The notes under the pieces are model-generated. The model had not been told where the DNA came from, searched no databases, and was given only the letters and a program-made list of their open reading frames with translations. DNA of 64,000 nucleotides from Planctomycetota bacterium (GTDB lineage: Bacteria; Planctomycetota; UBA1135; JACQFD01): the NCBI GenBank assembly GCA_016792805.1, contig JAEUHX010000055.1, forward strand, positions 17,481-81,480. The letters are read 5' to 3'. The position numbers and the translations under genes are program-made. The first letter of the stretch is position 1; each line of letters begins with the position of its first letter. Positions 8,610 to 17,642 of this stretch are shown here, one piece after another.

Positions 8610-11600
8610 CTAGCGGATCGTGACGGTCGACTCGCTGCCTGCGGGGAGATCGACCGTCTGTATTGAGGGTAGATCCTCGAGGCGCGCTGTCTTCCGGACG
8701 TTCTCGAGCTGTACGATTTTACACTTACCGCTGGGAAGTGTGCGTACGCCGGACTCAGCCGCCTCGAGCAGAGGACTCACCGCGAACACGCGCGGCGCAC
8801 ACTCGACGACGAGAGCGAGCGGCCCGCGCGGGGCCTCGGGCGCGTAGCGCACATCGAGACGCGCGCTGCGAAGATCGATCCGCAGGTCGAGAGAGCCCGG
8901 ACGCACATCGGCTTCGCACAGAATCCTCACACCTTCCATGGCACCGCCGAGAGCCGTCAGAACGACGCGAGCCCGGCCCTCCTTCGACGAATGCAACACA
9001 AAGGATCCGTCTCCGGCGAGAGGCGTGCGCTCCGTTCCCTGCTCCCACACGTCCGACTCGAAGGCCGCTGACGAAGCATTCCAGAGCCCGCTGAACCCGC
9101 CGTCGATGCTCAGCTTTCCGCGAAGCTCGAGGTCAGGATCCTGCTCGCCAAGCAGCAGATCGAACCGCACCTCGCCCTCTTCGACGACCTCGCAGCTCCA
9201 AGGCAGCTCGCCCCAGGAGCCGCGCGATGTTCGTGTGTGGCTGCGCCCGTCGATGAGCTCCTCGGAGAGGGCCTTCACGAGCCAGCGCCCCGGCATGAGC
9301 CCGTCGAAGCGATATGTGCCATCTTCACCGGTTCGCTGACTCTTGGGAAAGCCGTCGCCGCGGGAGATACCAACGATCACGCCGGCTGCGCTGCGCCCTC
9401 GCGGCGGAATCACTTTTCCGACAAGCGTGCCGCCGCGGCGCATCTGCAGGTCGAGCGGCGGCGGCTCCGACGATTCATCGAGCGCGATCGGACCCGATTC
9501 GGCGGCGCCTTCCGAGGTCCAGGCTCGAACGAAGTACCGGTCCGTGATGCGGATGGGGAGCTTGTACTCGCCATTCGCGTCCGTCGCGGTCCGCTCGGCC
9601 AATTGAGGCTCGGCGCGCACGGGAAATCCGTTATGTGTGGTCTTGCCTTTGGCCTCGGGGTAGATCGCCACAGCCGCTCCGGGCGCAGGCTTTCCCTGGT
9701 AGGTCACTTGTCCGCGAAGCGTCGGCGCCGCTTGGAGCTGAACCTCCAGTGCTGGCGGACACGAGCTCGGAGCAAACGGACCGAGCTTCGCCAATTTGTA
9801 GTCTGCGGCGATCACCCGCAGTACAAATGCCGACGGCGGAAGCGGAATCTGCACTTTTCCATCGGGCTTCGGCGTTACTCGGAGAACGCCCAGAAGCTCG
9901 CCGCCCGGCTCTCGGAGCAGATGGACGCTGAATGTTCCGAGAATGGGCTTCGCTTCAGTCCCTCGTGCGATGAGTGATATCGTCTTCACATCGCCCTGGC
10001 GAAGGATCACTTCTCCATCGGCAGGATCGACATCTCCAGCCATCGCAAGCGTTCCGGACCCGTGCTCATCCCGCAAGCTCACTTCGAAACGCTCTCCCCG
10101 ACGTGCCAGCATCTGAAACCGTCCCTGGCCGTCGAAATTCGCGGTTCCCGAGCGCGACGAAGCGCGGACCGTGCCGCGATAGTACAATTTCGCGTGCGCC
10201 AAAGGGGTATCCGAGCCGTCGAGCGCTCGCACGCGCAGAAAGCGCTCCGGCGCAATCCGCTCCAGTCGCAGCTCGAGCCCGTAGGCCTCCTGCCGCTCCC
10301 GGACCTCCAGCGGCCCGCTGACGGCGGGCAGGTGCATCGGATAAGTGGCAAAGATCCTTTGGATCCCCGGAGCAAGCCCGGTGAGCACAAATGCTCCGTC
10401 ATTCCCGGAGCGGGCCGTCGGCTCCGTGGGGAAGACGGAAACTTGCTCGATGAGTTCAACAGCCTCTCGCGACGGCAAGTCGGCCCCATGGGCCGAGATC
10501 ACCGCGCCGGCGATGGGTTCGCCGGAAGCGTCCACCACTCTGCCGGCCACGGATCCACCAGGTCGCAGGACCACATCGCCGACCTGAGTGACCCTCCCTT
10601 TTGTGACAGCAGCCGAGAACGTCAGGAACGCGATGCCGCGTCCGCTGGCAGCGAAGTCATGGCTCGGCGTTCCGAGCTCATCCGGCATCTCGATCTGGAA
10701 CGTGCCGTCTGCGCCGCTCGTCGTGCGCTGCGGGGTGGCCACATATCGAGTTGAGATGTCGATGCCGGCGAGCGGCGCCCCTTCGGATGTTACACATCGG
10801 CCGGCGATCCCGGTGGCAGCAGCCTTCGGCTCTTCGTTGGACGCGTTGGCCGCTGTTGCGCGCGATGGCGCCGCCTCGCCGGCCTCGAGCGCAGCCGGCA
10901 TTTGGACCGGCCGGTGGGAAACCTGGGCCGGGGCGTCGGGGATGTGGAGTTCCTCCGACATCGACGCCGCAGGATCGAAAGCAACATAAACGCCGATTCC
11001 GATCGTGAGCGCCAGCACACATGCGGCCGCCCACTTGAACGAGCTTTTCATGAGGAGCAAACCGATGATTGAGATTCCAATTGGGGCGACCGCGCCGATC
11101 GGCGCAGCGCAAAGGGGTGCGAGCGCGGCGCACCAGGCTGCACGATCTCCTCCGAAGCGAGCATCGAGCTTGCCTCGCAGCATCGATTGCGCCTCGTGGA
11201 TGCGCCAGCGCACGGTGCCCGCCGGAACGCCCGTGCGCTGGCCGATCTCCGCAGAAGTGAGACCTTCCCAATACGCCAAAAGTAGCGTTGATCGATAAGG
11301 TTCCTCGAGGCTCTGGACGGCCTCGATCACCATTCGCTGCGCCTCGAGCCGCTCCGAGAGCTCCTCGGGCGTCGGCGTGGGCGCCGTGCCCCGTGGGCGC
11401 GCCTCGCGCGCGGCGCGTGCCCGCGCCGAGCGGGCGTCCTGGGCGGCGCGTCTGCGAAGAACTGTTGCAAGCCAGCCGCGCGTCGGGCCGACGCCATGCC
11501 TCCACGTGGCGATCCAGGCTTCCTGCACGAGGTCGTCGGCCGTGGCGGGGTCGCGCACGAGCCGCCGCGCGAGGGCCATCACCCAGCGGTGATCCGCGAG

Positions 11601-11639
11601 GAGTTCGGCAGGCGGGGAGAATTGAGGCTCGGCAGCCAT
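8610..11639 (-). CDS. ECF sigma-70 factor fused to hydrophobic segment(s) and a ~790-aa carboxypeptidase-regulatory-like repeat region
   Basis: ORF 8610..12428 trimmed to ATG 11639 (MAAEPQFSPPAELL...). Sigma region 2 is DDLVQEAWIATW. Region 4 is YRSTLLLAYWEGLTSAEIGQRTGVPAGTVRWRIHEAQSML. Hydrophobic stretch at aa 168-221. It is followed by repeated G(R/K)VxDxxGxPxxGAxV-type beta-sandwich units (GRCVTSEGAPLAGIDIS, GRVVDASGEPIAGAVISA, GKVIPPRGRSAAGVIVGI). Confidence 0.8.
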   Translation of the reverse strand: MAAEPQFSPPAELLADHRWVMALARRLVRDPATADDLVQEAWIATWRHGVGPTRGWLATVLRRRAAQDARSARARAAREARPRGTAPTPTPEELSERLEAQRMVIEAVQSLEEPYRSTLLLAYWEGLTSAEIGQRTGVPAGTVRWRIHEAQSMLRGKLDARFGGDRAAWCAALAPLCAAPIGAVAPIGISIIGLLLMKSSFKWAAACVLALTIGIGVYVAFDPAASMSEELHIPDAPAQVSHRPVQMPAALEAGEAAPSRATAANASNEEPKAAATGIAGRCVTSEGAPLAGIDISTRYVATPQRTTSGADGTFQIEMPDELGTPSHDFAASGRGIAFLTFSAAVTKGRVTQVGDVVLRPGGSVAGRVVDASGEPIAGAVISAHGADLPSREAVELIEQVSVFPTEPTARSGNDGAFVLTGLAPGIQRIFATYPMHLPAVSGPLEVRERQEAYGLELRLERIAPERFLRVRALDGSDTPLAHAKLYYRGTVRASSRSGTANFDGQGRFQMLARRGERFEVSLRDEHGSGTLAMAGDVDPADGEVILRQGDVKTISLIARGTEAKPILGTFSVHLLREPGGELLGVLRVTPKPDGKVQIPLPPSAFVLRVIAADYKLAKLGPFAPSSCPPALEVQLQAAPTLRGQVTYQGKPAPGAAVAIYPEAKGKTTHNGFPVRAEPQLAERTATDANGEYKLPIRITDRYFVRAWTSEGAAESGPIALDESSEPPPLDLQMRRGGTLVGKVIPPRGRSAAGVIVGISRGDGFPKSQRTGEDGTYRFDGLMPGRWLVKALSEELIDGRSHTRTSRGSWGELPWSCEVVEEGEVRFDLLLGEQDPDLELRGKLSIDGGFSGLWNASSAAFESDVWEQGTERTPLAGDGSFVLHSSKEGRARVVLTALGGAMEGVRILCEADVRPGSLDLRIDLRSARLDVRYAPEAPRGPLALVVECAPRVFAVSPLLEAAESGVRTLPSGKCKIVQLENVRKTARLEDLPSIQTVDLPAGSESTVTIR

Positions 11640-11936
11640 GACGCAGAGTGGAATGCTGCGCGCACGGGGGCTGTTGGGAACGGCCAGGGGCTCCCCCTCG
11701 GCATCACCCTTGGGCAGCCTGGGGCGAAGGTGCTCCGTGAAGCGAACGAGAGGAATCGTCGCCCAGCGTAAGCAGCCTCGCCGCAGGCGTAGCCAAGGAG
11801 TTACGTCGAGAACGAGGCGCCGCAGCGATGGGCGACGAGGCCCGCGCGCAGCTCGGATGACTTTTGAAACGTCCTCCTGGCGCCTGGCGGCGGGCCGGCG
11901 AGGGAACGATGCTCTTGGCGTCCTCTGCCAACCGCC

Positions 11937-12146
11937 ATGTCCGCCGACGATCAGAACGCCGTTTGTAATATTGACCGACGAGGATCCCGTCAGCGCCTCG
12001 CGATGGGAATCGTGGCCGCCGCGACAACGCTCGGCGCCGGAGCATGGGTGATCCTCACTCATCCGCCCGGTGCAGCTCGTGTCGCAGTCGGCGCGCCCGC
12101 ATTCGTCGCCGCCCTCTGCCTGCTTCAGGCGCGCGCGAAGACCTGA
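11937..12146 (+). CDS. Possible small membrane protein (weak DUF2892/YgaP-like pattern)
   Basis: A 69-aa ORF. It has CNIDRRGSRQRLAMG, then two hydrophobic stretches, and ends ...ALCLLQARAKT. There is no clear RBS and third-position GC is lower than in neighbouring genes. Confidence 0.25.
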   Translation: MSADDQNAVCNIDRRGSRQRLAMGIVAAATTLGAGAWVILTHPPGAARVAVGAPAFVAALCLLQARAKT

Positions 12147-12294
12147 GTCGTCCTCGGATTCCGCGGTCAGCGGGATCTCGGAGGAGGGCCGGAACCGGAG
12201 CCCGACCGCGCCCTCGCCGATGCGCTGCGCAGGCGCAGCGTTCGCATCCTGGCCGGCTCCGGAGCGGCAGCAATCATCGCTGCGGTCGTCGCGC

Positions 12295-12735
12295 TCATGC
12301 TTTGAGGTTCGGTCCGCTCGGCGGCTTCTGGATTTTTGTAAGAAGCAGGATTCCGACGGCGAAGAGTACGATGTGCGCCCAGGGCAGCAGCAGCAGGTTC
12401 TCCTCGCCGCCTGACATTCCCGCGCCATGCATGTTTGAGGATGACCTTCGGAATGGGAACCTCAAGAGTGTGCAGGCGACCGTGATCACGGACGCTGCGG
12501 CGCCCGAGCAGAGCAGAACGTCGATCACGGAGCGCGTCCTCACGCGGACTGCAGCTTTGCTTCTCTGGAGAATCGGCCAGGCAAGCAGCAATATGTAAGG
12601 ACCGAGGAGCCGAAAAGCTGCAGCCGGTCCGCCCCAGAAGGAAATTACAATCAGGAAGAAGAGGCCCGCGCCCCAGAGCGCGGCGGCGGCGAGTTCTGCG
12701 ACGCCGTGAAACACCGACTTTGCGCGGATGCTCAC
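12295..12735 (-). CDS. Small 4-TM membrane protein, hypothetical
   Basis: 146 aa with four hydrophobic helices. The GTG start lies 13 nt downstream of the P-type ATPase stop on the same strand. Confidence 0.5.
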   Translation of the reverse strand: MSIRAKSVFHGVAELAAAALWGAGLFFLIVISFWGGPAAAFRLLGPYILLLAWPILQRSKAAVRVRTRSVIDVLLCSGAAASVITVACTLLRFPFRRSSSNMHGAGMSGGEENLLLLPWAHIVLFAVGILLLTKIQKPPSGPNLKA

Positions 12736-12748
12736 GGCGCCTGCGCGT

Positions 12749-15442
12749 TCAGCCGTTTCGGCTCCGGAGCCAGGCCTTTCGCAGCTCGACCATCACGACG
12801 GGGAGCAGCGAGAATCCGATCACTGCACTCCACTCATCGAGAGTCAGCGGCACCGTTCGCGAGATCGGACGCACAAAATCCCAGTGCACGATGACGACCT
12901 GCAGCGCGATCGAGACCACAATGGCCGCGGCGAGGCGGAGGTTTCCGCGCACGCCCGTCGTGAAAAGTGACTTCTCGTCGTGCCGGAAGCTGAGGCAGTT
13001 CAACATCTGAGAGAGCACGACCGTACAAAAAACGCCCGTTTGCATCCTCGCGGAAGCGGCCGCGCCGCCGCGGCCTCCGTCGTAGAAGTACAGCAGAGAG
13101 AGCATGGCTCCGAGGTAGAGCATGAATCCCTGGTACACGACGTTATAGATCGTGGAACCGTCCAGCATGCGCGTCCGACGGTCGCGCGGCGGGCGGCGCA
13201 TCTCGTCGGGATTGACGGGCTCCGTCGCGAGCGCGAGCGCCGGCGGCCCGTCGGTCACGAGGTTCATCCAGAGGATCTGTGTGGGATGCAGCGGGACGGG
13301 AAGCCCGAGCGCCGTGGCGGCGCCGACCAGCGCCACCTCGGAGAGGTTGCCGGCAAAAAGACATAAAAGAGCACGCCGAATGTTGGCATGCACTCCGCGC
13401 CCTTCCTCGACCGCCGCAACAATTGAAGCGAAGTTGTCATCTGTAACAACGAGATCGGCAGCCTCGCGCGCAACGTCGGTGCCGCTGAGACCCATCGCCA
13501 CGCCGACGTCGGCCTCCTTGATGGCGGGGGCGTCGTTTACACCATCGCCTGTCATCGCGACGACGGCGCCGCGGCGCTTCCAGGCTCGAACAATATGAAG
13601 TTTCTGTTCGGGCGCGAGGCGTGCGTAGACACGAATCTGGTCGACTTGGGAAGCGAGCTCATCCTCGCTCATGGCGGCGAGATCCGAGCCGGTCACGGCA
13701 CGCTCGCCCGCGCGCAGAATGCCGACCTCCCTTGCGATCGCTTGAGCCGTCACGATGTGGTCGCCGGTGAGCAGCACGGTGCGAATACCCGCATTCCAGC
13801 ACTGCGCCACGGCCTCGAGCGCTTCCGGCCGCGGCATATCGGCCATTGCAATTAATCCCAGCAGCGACATATCGCGCTCGAGATCCGCGAGATCCGAGTC
13901 GACATCGGCGCGATGCACGGGACGCCGGGCGATCGCGAGCACCCGCATTCCTCGCTCTGCGAACGCCGTCGCCGCCGCCTCCACTTGGGCAGCTCTCTCC
14001 TTCGAGAGCGGCGCTTCGCCTCCTTGCGTCAGCACCCGAGTGCAGCGTTCGAGGATCACCTCATGGGCGCCCTTCGCCAGGAGCACATATCCGTCGGGGC
14101 TCTCGTGAAGAGTGGACATTCGCCGGCGGATCGAATCGAACGGAAGCTCGCGCACGCGCGGCAGCCGCTCCTCGAGCTCCGCCTCGTGGTAGCCAGCGGC
14201 ACGGGCGACGCTCACCAATGCAAGTTCCGTCGGATCTTTCGCTCCGGATCCGCTGCGAACATTGGAGCAGGCCACGGCCGAGAACAGCACATCTCGGAGC
14301 GCCGAGTCGGGAGCTGCCTGCGCTGCGCCTTCGAAGAAGGTGCGGCCGTCATCTCCAATGGCGACCGGTCGCGCGTCTCCCACGAGCACGCCCCGAACGG
14401 AGAGCTCGTTGCGCGTGATCGTGCCGGTTTTGTCCGCACAGATGACGCTCGCTGTGCCGAGCGTTTCGACGGAGGAGAGCCGCCGAATGAGCGCGCGGCG
14501 CTTGAGCATGCGCTGAACGCCGATCGCAAGAGTGATCGTGACAATTGCCGGAAGCCCTTCGGGGATCGCCGCCACGGCGAGGCTGACCGCCGTCAGGAAG
14601 AGGTCGGCCGTCTTGAGCTGCGCGCCCGTATCACTCCAGGAGATCTGACGGAGCAGCCCCAGAAGGAACACGACGGCGATCGCGACGCCGCACACAAGGA
14701 GAAGCGTGTTGCCGACTTGCGACAAATCGCGCTGCAAAGGCGTCTGCTCGCGCTCGGCCTTCTTGACAAGACTTACAATTTTGCCCAGCTCGGTGTCCGC
14801 GGCGGTCGCGAAGACCACCGCGCGCCCGCGGCCGCCCACCACGGAGGTTGCCGCGTAGACACAGCTCGTCCGATCCCCAAGGGAGGCGCCGTCCAGCCAT
14901 GTGGGTTCCGTCGTCTTCTCGACGGGTGTGGACTCGCCCGTGAGAGCCGACTCATTCATCCGGAGTGCGGCTGCCGACACGATTCTGCAGTCGGCGGGCA
15001 CGAGGTCGCCCGGCTCAAGCTCAATCAAATCGCCGGGAACGAGTTCGGACGCCGCAATCAGCTCAGAGGCGCCACTGCGCACGACGCGCGCCTTGGGCGC
15101 CGCGAGCCCGCGAAGCATCTGTAAGGATCGCTCCGCTCGATACTCCTGGAAGTAGCCGACTGTGGCATTGAGCACCACGATGGCGAGGATGGCGCCTAGG
15201 TCCACCCAGTCGCGCAGCACGAGGCAGAGGGCCGCCGACGCGAGGAGCACGGCGACCAGCGGGCTCAGAATCTGTCCCTTCAGAATGTCCCACCGCGATG
15301 GGCCTTCGTCGGCCGCCAGCGTATTGGGACCGCACTGCGCTAGGCGCGTTCGCGCTTCCTCCGCCGTGATACCTCGAGCGGGATCTGTGCGAAGTGCATC
15401 GACGACCACCGAAACGGGGTCGTCAAAGAAGTTGCCGGCCAT
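12749..15442 (-). CDS. Cation-translocating P-type ATPase (type II, Ca2+/Mg2+-like)
   Basis: Motifs LTGESTPVEK, IPEGLPAIVT, CADKTGTITRN (DKTGT), LLTGDH and MTGDGVNDAPAIKEADVGVAMG are present. Trimmed to ATG 15442 (MAGNFFDDPVSVVVDALRTDPARGITAEEA). Confidence 0.93.
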   Translation of the reverse strand: MAGNFFDDPVSVVVDALRTDPARGITAEEARTRLAQCGPNTLAADEGPSRWDILKGQILSPLVAVLLASAALCLVLRDWVDLGAILAIVVLNATVGYFQEYRAERSLQMLRGLAAPKARVVRSGASELIAASELVPGDLIELEPGDLVPADCRIVSAAALRMNESALTGESTPVEKTTEPTWLDGASLGDRTSCVYAATSVVGGRGRAVVFATAADTELGKIVSLVKKAEREQTPLQRDLSQVGNTLLLVCGVAIAVVFLLGLLRQISWSDTGAQLKTADLFLTAVSLAVAAIPEGLPAIVTITLAIGVQRMLKRRALIRRLSSVETLGTASVICADKTGTITRNELSVRGVLVGDARPVAIGDDGRTFFEGAAQAAPDSALRDVLFSAVACSNVRSGSGAKDPTELALVSVARAAGYHEAELEERLPRVRELPFDSIRRRMSTLHESPDGYVLLAKGAHEVILERCTRVLTQGGEAPLSKERAAQVEAAATAFAERGMRVLAIARRPVHRADVDSDLADLERDMSLLGLIAMADMPRPEALEAVAQCWNAGIRTVLLTGDHIVTAQAIAREVGILRAGERAVTGSDLAAMSEDELASQVDQIRVYARLAPEQKLHIVRAWKRRGAVVAMTGDGVNDAPAIKEADVGVAMGLSGTDVAREAADLVVTDDNFASIVAAVEEGRGVHANIRRALLCLFAGNLSEVALVGAATALGLPVPLHPTQILWMNLVTDGPPALALATEPVNPDEMRRPPRDRRTRMLDGSTIYNVVYQGFMLYLGAMLSLLYFYDGGRGGAAASARMQTGVFCTVVLSQMLNCLSFRHDEKSLFTTGVRGNLRLAAAIVVSIALQVVIVHWDFVRPISRTVPLTLDEWSAVIGFSLLPVVMVELRKAWLRSRNG

Positions 15443-15687
15443 GGGGGCGGTGAGAGTAGCGGACGACGGATCGCCGCCCGCGGCTTCGCTGGGTCGGACT
15501 TTCTCGGCGGGGCGTCGCTGTAGGAAAGTCCTTCCCACCCCGGCGTCGTGCGTGTCGCACGCGACCGGCGCGTCATCCCCAGGGTCAAGGCCCAAACCCC
15601 TTGACTGCTTGTGAGTTACGGCGTTTGGCGCGCGCCGTGTGGCGTCGGCCCGTGAAATGGCCTCGGGATTGCGCAGGAGGTTGCAGC

Positions 15688-17196
15688 ATGAAAGCCGCCT
15701 TCCTCCTCACTCCGCTCGTCTCCGACCCGCCGGCACGCACGTCGCCCCGGGCGAGCGACTCCCATGGCCCGCCCGAGCGCGGATTCGAAGAGGTGCTGTC
15801 CCACGTTGACGAGCAGCCTAGTCCCCGCGAGGAGAAGCAGGAGGCCGAGTCGCGTCGAGAAGAGGAACCCTCGCCCGCAACGGATCGGGCCGAGCGACCG
15901 CAGGCCCGCGAGGCGCGGCCCATCGCCCGGCGGCGCAGCCGAGAGACGCGGGAAGGCGAGCCCCAGAAGTCGCACGCGGCGCCACACGCCGCGCCTGCCG
16001 AGGGGGCGACGGCTGCGACTCCCATGGTCCCCGACCCGCCCGTCGCCACCGAGAGCGCGGCGCAGCCGACGGCTCCGCTGGCCGCACCGCTGCCCACGAC
16101 GCCGGTGGTCCCTTCCGAATCTCCGAAGGCGACTGAGTTCGGCGCTTCCGTCGAGGCACCCTCAAATACCTCACAGAAGTCCGCAGAGAAAGCGCCATCA
16201 CAAAAAACGGCCCCCAAAGTCCCGAACGAACCGGAACGGGGCACAGGTCCGGAGATTCTCACAACTCGCGCCCCGGAACGGACGAAGCGCCCAGTCGAGG
16301 CGGGAATCGATCCCGCAGAGCGCCGCGCAGCGTTCGAGAAGATCACAATTGTTGACGAGACCGCCGCCGATGCGCCCGCTCCATCGGCAGAGCCCGCTGC
16401 CATCGTTCGCCCAGCCGTCGAGACCGCACAGACCAGCGCGGAGGACGCGTCCGCGCAGGATCAACCGAACGCATCCGAGGAGAACACAGAAGAGACTCCA
16501 AACTTCTCGCCTCCGCCGGAGACCAAGGAGCACACAAATCTCGCGCCACAGCGCCCGAATGCGAGCGGGAAGGGCGTGCCGATCGGTCCTCCTCAGCCGC
16601 AAGCCGAAGGCACCCATACGACGACAGCCACTGCGCCGGCCGCCGCCGCACCCGCGGCTGCTGAAGGTGCCTCGCGATCCGCCCTTCCCACAGCCGGCCC
16701 GATGGCAGCGCCGATGCCGGCCGCGGGAGAGACTCGCCCCACAGCCGCTCCCGCCGAACCCGCAGCGCCGCCGCCCCGCGTTCCCGAAATTCCGCGCTGG
16801 ATGGACGATCCCGTCGTGAAGCAGATCGGCATCCACCTGCGACCGGGCATGTCGGAGATGACGGTTCGGCTCGACCCTCCCGGCCTTGGAGAAGTGAGAA
16901 TTCAGTTCTTACTCAAAGATCGGAGACTCCACGCGCGTGTGCGCGCTACGAGTGAATCCACCTCCGCGATGCTCAAAGATCGGTCGTCGGAGCTCGAGGC
17001 GGCCCTGCGCGGCGCCGGAATCGACGTCGGAAGCCTCGACATCGGCGGCGGGCGCGGCCGCAGCCGCGCCCACGCGAACATGCCGGATATCGCTATGCCT
17101 CGGATCGCAAATGAGTCGCCCGAGGACTCCGCTCGCGATTCGAGCCCGCGGCCGCGCGCGGTCCGCTCCTCAACTGCACTCGATCTCGTTGTGTAA
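15688..17196 (+). CDS. fliK: Flagellar hook-length control protein FliK
   Basis: The N-terminus is Pro/Ala/Glu-rich. The C-terminal Flg_hook-type block is MSEMTVRLDPPGLGEVRIQFLLKDRRLHARVRATSESTSAMLKDRSSELEAALRGAGIDV. Start chosen at ATG 15688, which is preceded by AGGAGG (15675-15680). Confidence 0.8.
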   Translation: MKAAFLLTPLVSDPPARTSPRASDSHGPPERGFEEVLSHVDEQPSPREEKQEAESRREEEPSPATDRAERPQAREARPIARRRSRETREGEPQKSHAAPHAAPAEGATAATPMVPDPPVATESAAQPTAPLAAPLPTTPVVPSESPKATEFGASVEAPSNTSQKSAEKAPSQKTAPKVPNEPERGTGPEILTTRAPERTKRPVEAGIDPAERRAAFEKITIVDETAADAPAPSAEPAAIVRPAVETAQTSAEDASAQDQPNASEENTEETPNFSPPPETKEHTNLAPQRPNASGKGVPIGPPQPQAEGTHTTTATAPAAAAPAAAEGASRSALPTAGPMAAPMPAAGETRPTAAPAEPAAPPPRVPEIPRWMDDPVVKQIGIHLRPGMSEMTVRLDPPGLGEVRIQFLLKDRRLHARVRATSESTSAMLKDRSSELEAALRGAGIDVGSLDIGGGRGRSRAHANMPDIAMPRIANESPEDSARDSSPRPRAVRSSTALDLVV

Positions 17197-17204
17197 TAAA
17201 CCCC

Positions 17205-17624
17205 ATGAGCACTGTCTCCTCCGCCTCCTCGTTCGCCGCTGCCGGCCTCGACAAGGACAAGTTTCTGCAGCTCCTGGTGACACAGATCCGAAACCAAAAC
17301 CCCCTCGAGCCGACATCCAATGAGCAATTCATTCAACAGCTCACGAGCTTCAGCACACTTGAGGCCACGCAGAACACTAATTCCGGGATCGAGACGCTGA
17401 TCCAGCTGGAGAGCATCAATGCGACGATGTCGCAGCTCTCCCAGGCGACGGCGTTCATCGGAAAGCAGATTACTTATACGGATCCGGAGAGCGGCGAGCC
17501 GAAAAAAGGGGTCGTCGACTCTGTCGGCATCGAGCAAGGCGCAGTCATCGCGAAAGTCGGCGAGAAAGCTGTGCCTCTCTTCCTGATCAACGGCGTCAAG
17601 GCCGGTTCTACATCGAATAACTAA
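17205..17624 (+). CDS. flgD: Flagellar hook capping/assembly protein FlgD
   Basis: Contains DKDKFLQLLVTQIRNQNPLEPTSNEQFIQQLTSFSTLE, the typical FlgD N-terminal block. Lies between fliK and flgE. Confidence 0.92.
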   Translation: MSTVSSASSFAAAGLDKDKFLQLLVTQIRNQNPLEPTSNEQFIQQLTSFSTLEATQNTNSGIETLIQLESINATMSQLSQATAFIGKQITYTDPESGEPKKGVVDSVGIEQGAVIAKVGEKAVPLFLINGVKAGSTSNN

Positions 17625-17642
17625 CGATCTCCGAGGATATCC

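Noticed and set aside
11640-12428. A 263-codon N-terminal extension of the sigma-fusion ORF. Similar long 5' extensions occur in ORFs 5885..8239, 12749..15595, 22803..23876, 31393..33111, 38345..39871, 47627..48673 and 50044..51747.
   Set aside because: The extensions are Cys/Arg-rich and non-protein-like. Homology, a signal peptide or a coupled ATGA/GTGA start begins at an internal start codon.
15658-15672. A sigma-54-like element, TGGCCTCGGGATTGC (GG-N10-GC spacing), just upstream of fliK.
   Set aside because: The predicted transcription start would fall downstream of the AGGAGG Shine-Dalgarno (15675-15680) and only a few nt from ATG 15688. That geometry is inconsistent, so it may be chance. 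I left it uncalled.
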